Below, one piece after another: positions 12,136 through 25,005 of a DNA stretch of 64,000 nucleotides. The position numbers and the translations under genes were made by a program. The stretch covers positions 1-64,000 of the forward strand of contig NW_005434464.1 in the NCBI RefSeq assembly GCF_000315625.1, given 5' to 3'. How positions within the stretch are numbered: position 1 is the stretch's first letter; each line of letters starts with the position of its first letter. The DNA comes from Guillardia theta CCMP2712. Taxonomy: Eukaryota; Protista; Cryptophyta. The notes under the pieces are model-generated. The model was not told where the DNA came from and did no database searches. It was given only the letters and a program-made list of their open reading frames with translations.

Positions 12136-13717
12136 CCTGCCCAAGTGCTGCCCTCAAAAGTCAATACATGAAGACGATTGTAGAGCTTAGAGCAGAAAAT
12201 GTAAATATTGCGCTATGTGTCACTAGCCAGAAGTGAAAGGGGCGAAGAAGAAAGAAAGGCTTGTGAAACATATGGAAAGGTATCCATCATGCCATGACCA
12301 AATACAGCAGGGCGAGGGTTGATGAAGCAATGCACAAAGGTGAGGACGGAAAAGGAACATTCCGAAACATCTGGAAGAATGGGCGAGCATAAGGAAAGGA
12401 GCAGCAAGACACAAGAATGACCATAATATTGCGTGGTACGGAAGATAGTGGTGAGAGTGATCAATAGCGTGCGCGGGCGCAGGAAGCGATGGAGGAGGTT
12501 TATTTATACACCCTAGGGCCAAAGACGGCGAGAGAGAGGGGTGGGGTGGGGTGGGACTATGTACTGGTCTCCAGCGGAGCCGTTATTTCAGGTAAGAAGG
12601 ATGGGTCTCCTCTGGTATGTACAGCATGTCAGGGTAGGGTGGGTGCAGACTGGTAGTACCAGCGACTCGTGCAGCGATTTCCAGCACCCCCTGGTCACTC
12701 ACCTACCCTACTTTGCGACCGTATCCGGACCTACCCCCACATCATTTCCCATTGGGTGACTCTGACTGGACATGAGTTGCACCCCCTGGTAGTAGTACGG
12801 AGTAAAACCACATTCTAGTCGGCCGCGACGGCATTCCTTTTAGGGTACCCCTGGTACTCTCATGAGCATATATTGTAACGGATCCGACAAGGTGGGTAGG
12901 TGGTAAACGACGCGAGGACGTGGCCTTTTGGTGGGACACGACAATCGCCGCAAACTTGAGGCTCTTCATAGGAAAACAATAGACTATAACCGTCCTCGTA
13001 ACTGTACGGCTACGTTCCGATCCGCCTGAGAGCTTGGCAAGTTGGCCTGGTCTGTACTAGGGCGTCTGATTACATAGCTTAGTAGACCAGTGCGGTACAA
13101 ACGTGAAACGATCTTGTTTTGCTGGGCCTAGTCAAACTTTCAAGTACCGTGACAGCCTACTGGCCGATGATCTCAAAGCACCGTCACTACCGATAGGTGG
13201 GCGATCAAAAATGCAGATATGTTCTAAAGAACACTGAAACCTGTAAGTTCAAAAATGTACTACCAAGCCCCCCTTTAACTTAAAACGGCGCAGCAGTACC
13301 GAGGCAACGAGGACCATCATTGCAGGACTAGCCCGGGCCCGGAGCGGCCTCCCGCGCCGAATCCGGATTCCCCAAATTCACCGTCGGTAGTCGGCGGCGG
13401 GAACCGGAGGCTCCGTGGCGTAACGGTTTTGATAACCGGCAATCACCGTTATGAAAACGGTTATCTCATCTTTCGTCACCGTTGGAAAACGTTACAGGGA
13501 CAGCCACGACAGCAAATGCACGGCGGAAGAAAATCAGAGGCGCGAGGAGATAGGAAAGAGCGTTTCAAGTACAAGGAAAAAGTGCGGGGAGTAGGGAAGA
13601 GGAAACAAAAGCGAAGGAGAAAAAGGCTTTGATGATGCAAATAACGGACGAAGAGGCATAGGATGTGAAAAATGTGCGCACTTTCATCGTGAACAAGCAG
13701 AGGTATTGATGGACAAT

Positions 13718-14983
13718 TCAGATGTGACAGTTTTGTCTTTCAAAATTGAAAGAGCCAGAATTTTGTATCTTACGATCATTTTCTTCGTCTCTCTGTGCTC
13801 TCATGTCATCTGAACAGGAACCGAATTCTTTCAAATCGACGAGATGTCTTCCTTGCTGGGCGAGGTCAAAATCTTCACCCACTAAGAGACTTACCACGTT
13901 CTGACCTCCCAATGTTTTCGTTGGCTGGCAGGTCGCGTCTGCCGTAACCAAGTCTGTCATGGGAGACGGGAATAATGAGGCATCAAAAGCGTTTGTAGTT
14001 GATGGATGTCGTGACCGTCGACCTGCAGATTGGAAGGACAGAACCTCAGGAGAGTATGCTGAAGCGATCAAACCATCCCACTGCTCTTCTCTTCCATGTT
14101 GGATTCAAGGCGGCAGCTCTCTTTGTGTGAGTGCCCTCCTATCAAGGGAAGTTGACTGATTCTGTACGCAAGATACATCTTCGGATCGTTGTTCTCTCGC
14201 TCGTTTGTGGTTTCTTTTGTGATAGTAAGAATATTCGCGTCCTTGACTTGCCTGACATGCTTTCAGGTTGTATTATTGTTAGCTTTCGATTTCTGGACTG
14301 TCAAGAATGTTTCTGGAAGGTTGCTTGTGGGGCTCCGATGGTGGAATGAAGTGAAGGCACTTTGACTTCGAGGTCCCAGAGCTGATGAATAGGGGCAGGT
14401 GAGGGAGGACGGAACCAACGAGTGGAGGTTTGAGAGCCGTGAAGACACGTCGAGGATATCCGATGTTGATTCGAGAGTTTTCTGGGTCAGTCAGGAGGAG
14501 AGGAGGATGAGGTGGGGTGGTGGAGGTTGAGGTGGGAGCAAGGTGGAGGAGGTATTGATTGTGGTAGGGGAGGTAGTAGTGGGAGGAGGTCTCTCAGCCT
14601 TTTCTCCTCTCATTCCTCTTCAGGTCACCTTATGGTTGATGCCCATTCTCTGGGGATTCTTCACCATCTCCACTTTCTTCTCCTTCAACTATGGCTGGAT
14701 GCTCTGCTGCATCGTACCGTCTCCTCCTCCCTGGTTCGTCTTGACTGAAGGTTTTTAGGTCGCCGTGTGTTTGTCGGGGGCCAATCTTTACGGATACATC
14801 AAATGCAGCAGGTCGGGTTTTCGATTCTCCTCCGTCTCCCCTTATATTTTCTACCTTCTTGCTCTTGCTTTGCTCCTTCATCGCGTCACGAATACACAGA
14901 GCTGCAAAGGCGAAAGTTGGAAGTCTCGCCTCTTCCGTGGCTTCAGGAGTTTTGCAGCAGGTCAGAGGAGGCGTGATTGACAT
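13718..14983 (-). CDS. Hypothetical multi-exon protein
   Basis: Series of minus-strand ORF pieces with a pyrimidine-rich intron at about 14485-14630. No recognisable domain. Confidence 0.3.
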
Positions 14984-15308
14984 GGGAAGGGAGGGGGTGG
15001 GGTTGCGAGTTTGACGCGGGCAAAGGCTGACATTGAGGGCAGCAATTTGTCAGCAGATTCACCGGTGGATCAAGTTCGTCAGCAGGAGCCAACAACGTCT
15101 AGCGCTATCCCTCGGCTCCTTGTTTCTCATACATTCAAATCATTCAGACCTGATCTCAGCCAAAGTCCATGGCACAAACATTGTAACCACTCATTCGTAC
15201 ATAGTCGGATAGCTTCATCTCATGGCTCCTGCTCCTCCTCCTGCTCCTGCATGCCTCCTCAGCTCACGTCCCACGAGTCTCCTCATCCTGCTCGAGTTCA
15301 TCTGCTCG

Positions 15309-17408
15309 TCAATCCACCATTACCTGTGTGAGTTTCCGTAGAGTCTCTTGCGCCACATTCCTGACCTCTTCTTCCTCCCCCTCCGCCCCCCCCAATTCCT
15401 TCCAACCTATTGCTGTTCCTGCATTGACCGCCTCCACAGCCTTGATAGTCTCTTCATCGAACTTGCGTGCAACTTTTGCTGCCGTTCTGATAGCCTGCAG
15501 CTGAGCTAAGAGCTCGTCAAAGTCCAGCACCCGCTCACCTCCACCTTCACCGCCAGCACCTCGTCCTGCATGGCTGCGATGACGGAGGAAACAATCCTCG
15601 TGTTTCCTCGATCAGCTACAAAAGGGAGAAGACAGCAGGCAGCGTAGCGGAGGGTCCATATGTTAGACTGCAGGAGAAGGATGAGCCTATCTGTTCGCTC
15701 CCTCCTACTGCCTAACTCGACGCTCTCCTGCACAACCTTGCAGAGTTCAGCAACCTTTTCCTCTTCCAGCACGTCGACCAGCAGACCAGCAAGCAGCTCG
15801 TCTGTCTCTCTCAGTTGAAGGGCATGGGCGGTTTCTTCTACTTTCTCAGGAGGTCCCAGGAGGAGAGCAGGGCTGAGGTCAACGTGCTGCATCTGACTGC
15901 TTCGATCCTTGAAAAACTGGGAACGAGGAGGAGGCGAGGATGATTCCAGGTGCCTGACTAGCAGCCTGCGAATCAGAAGCAGAGAGAGCTGACGATATTG
16001 ACAGCAAATGCCCTTGAGCAGCAAGTAGGTCAAAGTCCTGACAACTTCATCCTCGTCCTCCAGCAACGAGCTGATCGAAATGGCCACATGTTGAGGGAGA
16101 GGACGGAGTAGAGCGCCGATCAAGGACAGTGCAGACACTCTCAACTTTCTCCTCCTCTCGCTCGCCACCAGAGGGACCAGATGCTCTATCAACTCGCTTG
16201 CCTGCACTTTCAGCTCAGCTTCCGAGGCCGCAACACATGCAGCAGGCGAGTCATCAACAGCGACAAGCTTCCTCTGCATCGTCTCGATCAGCCCCTTGAG
16301 CCCCTCAACCTGCCACCATCGCACGAACCACAAGGAGGAGCTCAGGGCAGGCAGCGAGAGTGCCACGAAAACTTCACCCAAGAGCTCGAAGCCGCTGCAC
16401 CTCAGCTGGTGATTCCCCGAGCTGTTCCTCCCTGTCATCTTCACTCGGAAGCGCCGAAAGATCTTCTCCTCCCTCCTTCCCACCCCTTCGCCTTCCCGCA
16501 CCTTCCCTACCGCCCATACTCTGACCGCAAAGCGCTCGTGCAGAGTCGTGTCCTCCTCGTGCCTTCTCAGCGTCTCCCACTCCTCGCCGTCCGCAGAGGC
16601 TTCCAGCACCCAGTTGCTCATCGCGTTGGAGGAGGTGTTGTACCCGTGCCGCAGCATGTAGTGCGTCGGCCGAAGCCAAATTCCAGCTGGGAGTTCAACT
16701 GAGAACCAACTGAGAGGAGCATCGTAGCTCGAGCTCAGCACTGCCGAGTCTGCAAGGATGTTGTCCTCCTCCGTCAGCCACCCACTCGTCTGCAGCGTCA
16801 CCATCCTTGACGCCGACGGATTCTTCCACTCGTGCTCCAATCCTCCCGTCCCGAGAAACTTCAACAGTCCACCAGCCTCTTGCTCCTGCGAGGTGAAGGG
16901 GAAACTATACTTGGGGAACAGCAGGAGGGGCAGGACGATAAGGCGCAAGGAGAAGGAAGACGAGCCGGCGGGAGAGCAGAGCTTCACGCACACCTCAAGC
17001 TGAACTGCCTCCAACGGTACCCCAGAGATTCTCCCCGTCTCCTGATCGAGCACGACTCCAGCTGGAAGTGGAGGCGAGACTTCCAGGATGAGCGGCTTCG
17101 TGCCCAACATAAGCTGAGGGCTGAGAGAGGGAAGTGAAGTCCCTTGCGTGCCCACCAGGCGAGTGCTGGGATACTCCAGCTGGGGGCGGTCTCCAATGAT
17201 TGCCAACGTCTTGACAACCTGGGATGAAGTCTCAACATGAGAGGCATAAAGCTCGACAGCAGCCTTGACTGATCGAGGAGTTTGAGTGCCCATGATGCGA
17301 ACAAGCTGCAGGCAATGCTGGAGATGCAGAGAAGTTCCTCGTTGCTCTTGCTCTTGTCCTTGTCCTGCAATACTTGCATCCGATCCGCTTGCTGCTTTCG
17401 CTTCTCCC

Positions 17409-17453
<45 letters not shown>

Positions 17454-19384
17454 GCATCATCCGGTAGCCGTACATGCTCTTCGGTCGCTTTGAGGATGAT
17501 GGCTTCGACGACATCCCAGCGCACCACAAGCTTTCCGAACAGTTCGAGCCCCGAGCAGGAGAGCGACCAAGTGCCGCTGCTGTCCGGCCCATCCATCCTG
17601 ATCTTGAAAAACCTGAAGCCTCCTGACGCTGCAATGGACGCTTCCAGGTCTTCGTTGGCCGCTTGAATGGCTCGCAGCCTCTTCAGCTCATCTGCCGTCA
17701 CCAGCCCGTCCAGTGGCTTTGGTTTCTCAGTTGTCAGCTTAAAGTTCGAAGTGATGAAGGAGGCTCGAGGCGCTCCAGCCCCTGGCTTGCTCGACTGCGG
17801 GAGGCGCTGGAAGCTGCGATCATCATTGTGAGCCTTGAGTAGCAGCCACTCTTGGCCATCGACAGACGCGAGGAAGGACCAGTGAAGGAGCGACTTGCCA
17901 GGCCCAGTGAGCCCATGCCGCAAGGAGTAACCTGACGGGAAGAAGCGAAGGCCCCGAGGAAGCTCTAAGCAGAGCCAGCCGTTCCTCTCGCTGCCGGAAT
18001 AGTTGAACGAGCCCTTGGTCTCCAGCACCTGATCGGGGCTCCCGCGAACCCACTTGCTGCTGGTGTGGAGCTGAAGGAACCTGCTGTGCTCGAGGTTCGA
18101 GTGGTGTTCCCTTCCTCCTGACGTGGAAAGAAAATGGAGGAGGCCTGGCTTCAGTTCATCATCTGAGATGCACCTCAGATCTGCTTGCTCGCTGTCAGAC
18201 ATGTCAAAGTGAAACTCTTGAACGTCGTGGGGCTGCTGAGGTTTTCCTGCAATTTCTGCTGCAGCTGCCAAGCGACTTGATAGAAGTACGTCTGTGGAGT
18301 CTTGTCGCATCGAGAAGTCAGTGGCGAGAGGCACGAAGTCGCTGGGACGGGAGGGCGGAAGACTGACTTCTTGTAACCGATCGACTTCGTCAAGTTGAGC
18401 ACGAGAAGCTGGGCGGCGAAGGCTGGGCTGGAACCTGAGCAGGACAGAGGCATTTCGATCTTTCAACATGACATGCCGTCCATCTTTGAAGGCGTTGTAC
18501 CACCCATACTTGTTCTTTTCCCGCAGCCACTCAAGTTCCTGCCTGATGCCTCCCAGCAGCAGAGGAGGAGTGTTACTCCGAGCCATCTCCTGCTCTAGAG
18601 CTGCCCGCACCTCCGCGTCCAGCTGCTTTCCGATCGAGTTGTGCGTCGGGATCCCCCAGCAGTCGAACGAGCTGTACAGGTGAGGCTGAGAAAGAAACAG
18701 GGAGGAGGGGAACCAGTGAAACACAAGTACTTCAAGGTCCTGCCCTCCCCAGTTCTTGTCGAAGATGATCTCAAACTCTTGTTGCACCCTGGCGACGTTG
18801 ATATGCCTCGTCCCGTCCAAACTCTCGTCTTCTAACATGCGATCTTGCAGGCAGCGAGTTCGAAAGACCTGACCGCACGTGCGAACCTCACAGAAGACAT
18901 TCAGAGTTCTCGATGGGTGCGTGTTCTGGTCCTCCACCAGGATCTTGGAGAAGTTTCGAACTTTCTCTATGTAAATCTTTAAGCTCCAGCTGCCTTGCGG
19001 CACAGACATCCTGATTGGCAGCAAGACAGTGACAGTTGTTTTTCCAGCTCAATCGAGCTGTTTCAATCATAACGAGTTGGGCAAGGTCCGCACCATTCTC
19101 TCGTCCACCATGACAGCGATTGCATCCTCGGGCCCTGCCGGCCTCATGGGGCAGCGTCGTTTGAGCTTCTTGCGACCAAACACATCAGAACTTCTCCATC
19201 TCTTAAGCTCATTGGCACCTTGTCTTGGTGAGGTAGAGATTCTGATACGATCGAGCACTCCTCCTTGGTGTCGTTGGCGACCCAGATAGCTCCGCCAACA
19301 CCTCAACAAACAAGTGAGTTCACTTGCTGCTGACTTTCACCTCACAAGAAAACTGCTCTCAGTATCTTGCCTCACTCTCGCCAT
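15309..19384 (-). CDS. Large protein with a C2-like N-terminus, two discoidin/galactose-binding-like (HECTD1/At2g30600-type) domains, an Ig-like repeat and HEAT repeats
   Basis: 1172-aa ORF with duplicated GLL.FL.T.GG...W..ELP....P..Y.LRHG...W...AS.DG.EW..L..H..D...F...M.G..SSG...L.CSG.EL.G; PPLPAGVVLDQETGRISGVP; LEDEDEVVR. Confidence 0.7.
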
Positions 19385-19733
19385 GTCTATCACATTTCTC
19401 TGGTCATCGCACTCAGCGCTCATCATCTCTACAACTGCTTACTCGCTTGTTGCCTCCTCCTCTCCTCCTCCTACCGGTAACGAGGATGGCCGTCGCCACA
19501 GCGATCTCCATTCCGAAAAGCCCCTTCCTTTACTTTTTTTTAAGGTTGAGTTAAATCAGAATGAGGCATCCGGACCGTACACCGTGAGAGTCCCCGGCCG
19601 CCCGGCTGGAGTCGGATCCGCTCCGACGGTCCCGGGCCCCGGGCCCGGCCGGGCCCGGCGGCCGGCGGCGTCGACGGTTCACCGTCACGGCGTGGCAGGC
19701 TGAGTCAATCACTGGCTTTTTTTAAAAAAACTT

Positions 19734-22700
19734 TTACTCAAAGTTAAGTTAAAGATCAGTACGAGGACAATCAGGAGAGTCGAGGAGGCTTGACCCTGAC
19801 ACTGTCGCACAGGCCAAACGGCGAGAAGAGAAAAGACAGCGAGAACCAAACCTAAACCTGCCGACTGCTGTCCCCCAAACTTAACTGATACCTTCACTTA
19901 ACGGCGCGCAGGACAAGTCCCCGCGCGGCCATGCCAGCGATGTCGCGGTGGCCGCCGCCGAAGGAATGAGACGCATACCGGGATGCACCCGCGATGATGG
20001 CAGCGTAGGACAGGGAGGCCTTGAGCTGACGGAAGACCCTGGACCGAATGCGTTTGCAAGTCGGATCACCTGAGACGTCTTGCGAGGCCGAGAGACCATC
20101 CAGCGCTGCCGTTTCCTTGTTCGCCGAGCGATCCGCCAGCCACCACAGAAAGCGCAACGCATCGTCCTGCAAGAGGCCATCAGTGCTGGCGATGATGGGA
20201 AGAAAGGCCTTTGGCGGGACGTGCTGAGCATATGCATTACGATGCCCTCGGATCTTCCGCTGTGCTGCCGCTTGCAGTTTGCTCCGAGCGAGGTCCGGTA
20301 TTCCATCATTGTCAAAAACATGTGACATGCTGAAGTCCAGGATTAACCCATGCCATCCGCCGCCAGTAGCCATCAGTTGTGGAAGTTCAAAGTCCCCTAC
20401 ATGATGATCTTCAGGGCCATGTTCAAGAAACGTTCTGCCTGGTGCCGGGTACGCCTTGCACGTGGACGCGGCATCTCACTCCGGAATCTTTGATGAGGGT
20501 ACTGAGGACGGCATTGCACTTCTCATGCGCATCAGTCCATAACTGGCTGCGGTGCCTGCAGGTTGCCATGTGTGTGGTCCCCCCAGGATGACGAAGAAGA
20601 TGATGGCATCGATCGCAGTGCGGCGGGAGGTCAACCGGCAATCCATGAAGAAACTTGTCAGCGGCAGCCACCAAGCTGATGGGCTGCTGCTCAAAGATCC
20701 CAAGGTTTGTACTTTCCATAGTCGAGTGCCAAATCGTGCGCTGAGGGGTAAACTGAGACAGAAGTTCATCAACCGGGTGGCCTGGTACTCGAAGGGGAGT
20801 AGAGAAGCTGGAGTGGTGTGCCAACAAAGATCTCTGGCGCTCTGAAAGGTGAGCCCGAATACTGCGGAACCGGGGAAACTCCGAGAGGAACTGAGCCGTG
20901 AGCTCCCGCTGGGCGGGCCGATGAAAAGCGCACTGCCCGACGTCCCAAATAATTCAGGCGAGGGGATCCAGCCATTGTCGCACGCCTGAGGAAGCTCCGC
21001 CAAGGAGGTGTACGCCGAGATGCCCTGCTCCATCAAGTGCCTGTGAGTGTCCAAGAAGGCAGCAAGCATGGGGACAACATCCCCAGCGTCCGCTTGCTGC
21101 GGTTGGCGGATTCGAAGCTCAGTGTCAGAATTGATCCGGTGGAAGAGTGGCGGTGTAGGGAAAGTCCAATGCTGGAAGATGGCAATTTCACCCGCCCATT
21201 TGAGAAACTTGGCAGTCGCCGACCAGAATGCGGTGTAGGCCACGCCCTCCTGCGGGGTGAACCCATCTCCTCCAGCACTATAAGGCAACTGACGTTTGAA
21301 GTAGGCGAACTGAAGGTCAGATGGAGGGGTGCCAGGGGCAGGTTGCAGGACAGATGAACCCTCCTGTGCCTGGTTCTGTGGCCACTGAAACACCTTCGCC
21401 AGGAGACGGAGATTCGCGACGTCAAAGCACTTGCACTGGGCAGCGGTCAAGGCCGGGGAGATTCCACGCAAGAAATATTGGAGGGTGGGAACGTGGGTCG
21501 TTTTCAAGAGCTGCTTGAGACCCAACGCAATGGGAAATTGTTCCAACTGGGTCAATTCAGCATTGAGGGCATTCACCTTGGCAGTGATAAACTCTTGCTG
21601 GAAGGACTGAGATCCTATCGGGATACCTCCCAGGATGATCCCCTGGCCGCGGAAGGCAAACTGCTGCAAGCCCGGGTACCTACTGCAAATATGCTCTTGG
21701 ATGGCTTGTTGCTGACTAGATTGAAGTTCACACCAGGACGAGGAGAATATCTGCGAATCCCTGGGTTGAATCTCCAATCCTAGCTCTTGTTTTAAAGTAT
21801 CAACCAGCGATGCAGTAGCCTGTGCGGCAACTGAGAGCTTTCCAATAACAGCCATGTTATCCGCATAGGCCGGGAAGACACAGTCGGGAAAGGTCTCTGC
21901 GACTTTGACCAGGGAAGGGAAGGTGGTGTGCGCAAAGAGAGCCATCGCCAAGGGGTCCCCCTGAGAAACTCCCGTGGTGGCCGAAAAAGCCCGAGTCTCT
22001 CGCTGATGTTTCAGAAATAACTTACCTGCCTGGCCATAATATTGATGAACATACGGAAGGACTCCTTGGGAAAAGTTCTCACAACGATGCTCGGGAGCAA
22101 GGAGGATGTCAAATAGCCGTTGGCGAGAGATCTCATTGAAGGCATTTCTTGCGTCGATCATGATGATTACCGTGGGATCAAAATTATCAGACTCACCTTC
22201 GCCCTGGTCTGTGAATGGGTTGGCAAAAGAATGGGGTCCTAACAGGCATTCGATGGTCTTGCAGAATTTGAGACAACCTTCCTCCAGACCCACGCAAAAT
22301 TGCAGGACCCGAGAGTGACTGAGGGTGAAGTGGCTCTCCAAAGATTTTCGGTAGAAACGACAGAAGATGCTAGACACAATCCTTCGCTCCAGGTCCCCTA
22401 TCACAATAGGTCGGATTCCGCTCTTTTCCACTGACTTGGCAGCAGGAATGAATCGCCCCCCTCTGGTGTATTCCTCGAGGAAAGCGCCCGAAGGGATTCC
22501 CAGCGCGATCGGCTTCAATATGAGGTTAATGTATCGCTGTTTGTGATCATCATGCAGTCTGAGAATGTGTCGCAGGTGCTGGAACGGTCGCCAACCAAAT
22601 TGATCAGGGGCCGAGGAAGCAGTGAATCGCCGCAGGAATTTCCCTACCTCTCGCTGATCTAAAATCTTGTCAAGCAATGAGGCCGGTTCATCGGCGATGG

Positions 22701-24160
22701 CATCGTCGAGCTGAGCACTTAGCATTTGCCTTGAGGAGCCGACTGCGTCTAGGAGCGTTGGAGGAATGGGTTCCAGTCTCGTCGGAAATTTCTCACGAGT
22801 TTGCTGCCATAGCTGCTCAAATGGATCTGGGGAGAGGCCATGGCCCACAAGCGCCTGTCGAGCTTTCTTCATATCCCGATTTTGGTAATGCTCAACAGCC
22901 GAGAGGATTTTCTTTTTCTCCAACTGCTCGCTCTCCATCACTGGCTGCTGCACGCCCGCTCTCGCACGGTCAGGTCCTTGTGGGCGACCTGCATTTTGAC
23001 GGTTAGGTTGTTGGCGCCTACCTTGCGGTGCCCGCGGTCTCGTGCCTCGTCCCGACCCAGTTAGTCCCGCCGTGGGCTGCTGCGTGACATCCTGCGGATC
23101 TCCACCGCTGCCAACCGCTGGGCCGTCTTGGTCAAAAGAAACACCCTCTTCTAGTTTCAGCAATGTCTCCCAACGCCCTTGGAGGAAATGGTGGATACGG
23201 TAGCTCACATCTCGGTTTTGTCGCGAGATTGCAAGAACTGGATTCACTCTCAGCAGGAGCAGTGGGAGACAATGCCACAAGCTCCGGATAATCTTAGCTT
23301 CCTCGCAATGCAAGTCAGGGTAACCTTGTAGCAGGTCTAACGTAAACTGTAGCGCACTCTTCCATTTATCAATCGTCTGGCGATTGGGGTGTTTGATGGT
23401 TGTAATGGAAGGATTACGAGCCAGGAGTGCCGGAAGCTTATGTGGTCCCTGTTGAGCAAAGAGAGGGAGGGCTCTGTGCCAATTCGACGTACCACAAGGC
23501 ATGTCTTGCGGACGCAGATTATGAAAGTAAGCCGCTGCGCTAGATTGCGTGCCAGGGTCTTCTGGGAAAAGATTTGCCGGTTGAGGAGGGGGCGGTGGGG
23601 GTGTAGGATTGACCGTAGGCTGATCGGTGGGTGTCCTCTGGGAGATGGATCGGCGAAATCTTGCCTGCTTCCGAGGTCTTTGGTTCCCCGAACCTCCTCC
23701 AGATCCGGGCAGCGGCGGAGGAGGCAAAGTCATCCTGCGGACTCTCAGTGAGACGCTGCAGAACGAGATTGCCCTTCCAGCATGTCAGGAGTCCGTAGGG
23801 GTTCCTGCTGTGAGCGGGGCTCAGAGTCAGAGGAGCTCTCTTGGGACACAAGGCCTGTATGAGGAAAGTGGGACGACGAGCCCGGCGTGCCAGTCAGTAG
23901 AGGATCAACAACAGAACTGTGATGACGGAGGATGGCAGGCCGCTTGTGCCGCGCCATGATGTCTCACAGTGATGATGGAAGTGAGAGCGGATCTTCACGC
24001 TTCCCTTGTCGCGGTTCCCTCGCTCTCGCCGTCACTGCCCACCGAAATGAAAGTGGCGAGTAGGCGCATTTCCCCTCAGTACACGCCATTTCAAAAAGCC
24101 ACTGGCATGACGGCCGTGACTGCGTCCCATTTGCATGCACTTAATTGTAATGAAACGTGA
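19734..24160 (-). mobile_element. Non-LTR retrotransposon, CRE-like clade (RT + Cys/His knuckle + restriction-like endonuclease), frameshifted
   Basis: RT motifs GIRPIVIG, IDARNAFNEISR, GVSQGDPL, YADN, LGGIPIG; CDRC...HMATC...AHE; GD...LILDFSMSH...K..H...FLPIIASTDGLL. The 5' boundary is set by the composition shift. Confidence 0.9.
19894..23733 (-). pseudogene. RT-RLE polyprotein split over three frames (20476..23733, 20423..20827, 19894..20373)
   Basis: Domain order RT, Zn knuckle, RLE continues across apparent frameshifts near 20830-20900 and 20430-20480. Confidence 0.8.
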
Positions 24161-24170
24161 GGAGACAACT

Positions 24171-24240
24171 TTTTGCGAATAAATCATAATTTTTATCTGT
24201 TTTGCGAATAAATCATTATTTTTATCTGTTTTTATAAATC
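24171..24240. repeat. Tandem repeat of about 29 bp (2.5 copies) at the left edge of the AT-rich insert
   Basis: ttttgcgaataaatcat(a/t)atttttatctg repeated. Confidence 0.8.
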
Positions 24241-24864
24241 AATTTATAATTTCAATGATTTTTATATTCAATCAAAAAATCTGTTCATTGCTCTTTATTT
24301 TCCTTACCAAATCCCTATCATATTTTATTCAATTGAAATAATAGCTGCGCATTGGTGCGGATTATCACACAAAATAACCAAAAACAAACGAGCGCACCCA
24401 CGGAGTGGGCCAGAGCCAAAACATAATATTAATTAAAATTATGAATCCTTCAAGGATCATATAAGTAATAAAAAAACCAATGTGGGGTGAAACCGCAAAA
24501 TATTAAACACGTTGTTTTTGCGAACCCCCCTAAGTAACAAAATAATCTATCCCCGCCGCCACCCTCCGCCCCCTCCGCCTCTACCCCCCGCCTATTTCAC
24601 ATAACGGCTTAATTTTTCTTTTCTTTTTTTTTTCCGCTCTATTACATGCTTAATTTATTTGGCGGGGGGGACGGGGGGGAAAACTCCATTTTTCCATAGC
24701 TATATATATATGCCCACATGCCGGATGGTCTAAATATATTTATCCTCAAAATCACGATTTTACCCCCCGCCCCCCCCGCCTTACGTCTATTTACCCTACG
24801 TTTACCATTCTTTCACACTCCACCACATCCAAAACATGGGGGGAGGGACCCACCCGCCTACCTC

Positions 24865-24996
24865 NNNNNNNNNNNNNNNNNNNNNNNNNNNNNNNNNNNN
24901 NNNNNNNNNNNNNNNNNNNNNNNNNNNNNNNNNNNNNNNNNNNNNNNNNNNNNNNNNNNNNNNNNNNNNNNNNNNNNNNNNNNNNNNNNNNNNNNN
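24865..24996. other. Assembly gap (N run)
   Basis: Run of n. Confidence 1.
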
Positions 24997-25005
24997 TTAT
25001 TATAA

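Noticed and set aside
12580-12592. Near match to the telomere-element junction motif (cctgaaataac)
   Set aside because: Too short to distinguish from chance
24550-24864. C/G-run-rich segment as a viral terminal repeat
   Set aside because: Adjacent to the gap and may be a low-quality read end; no partner repeat in the window
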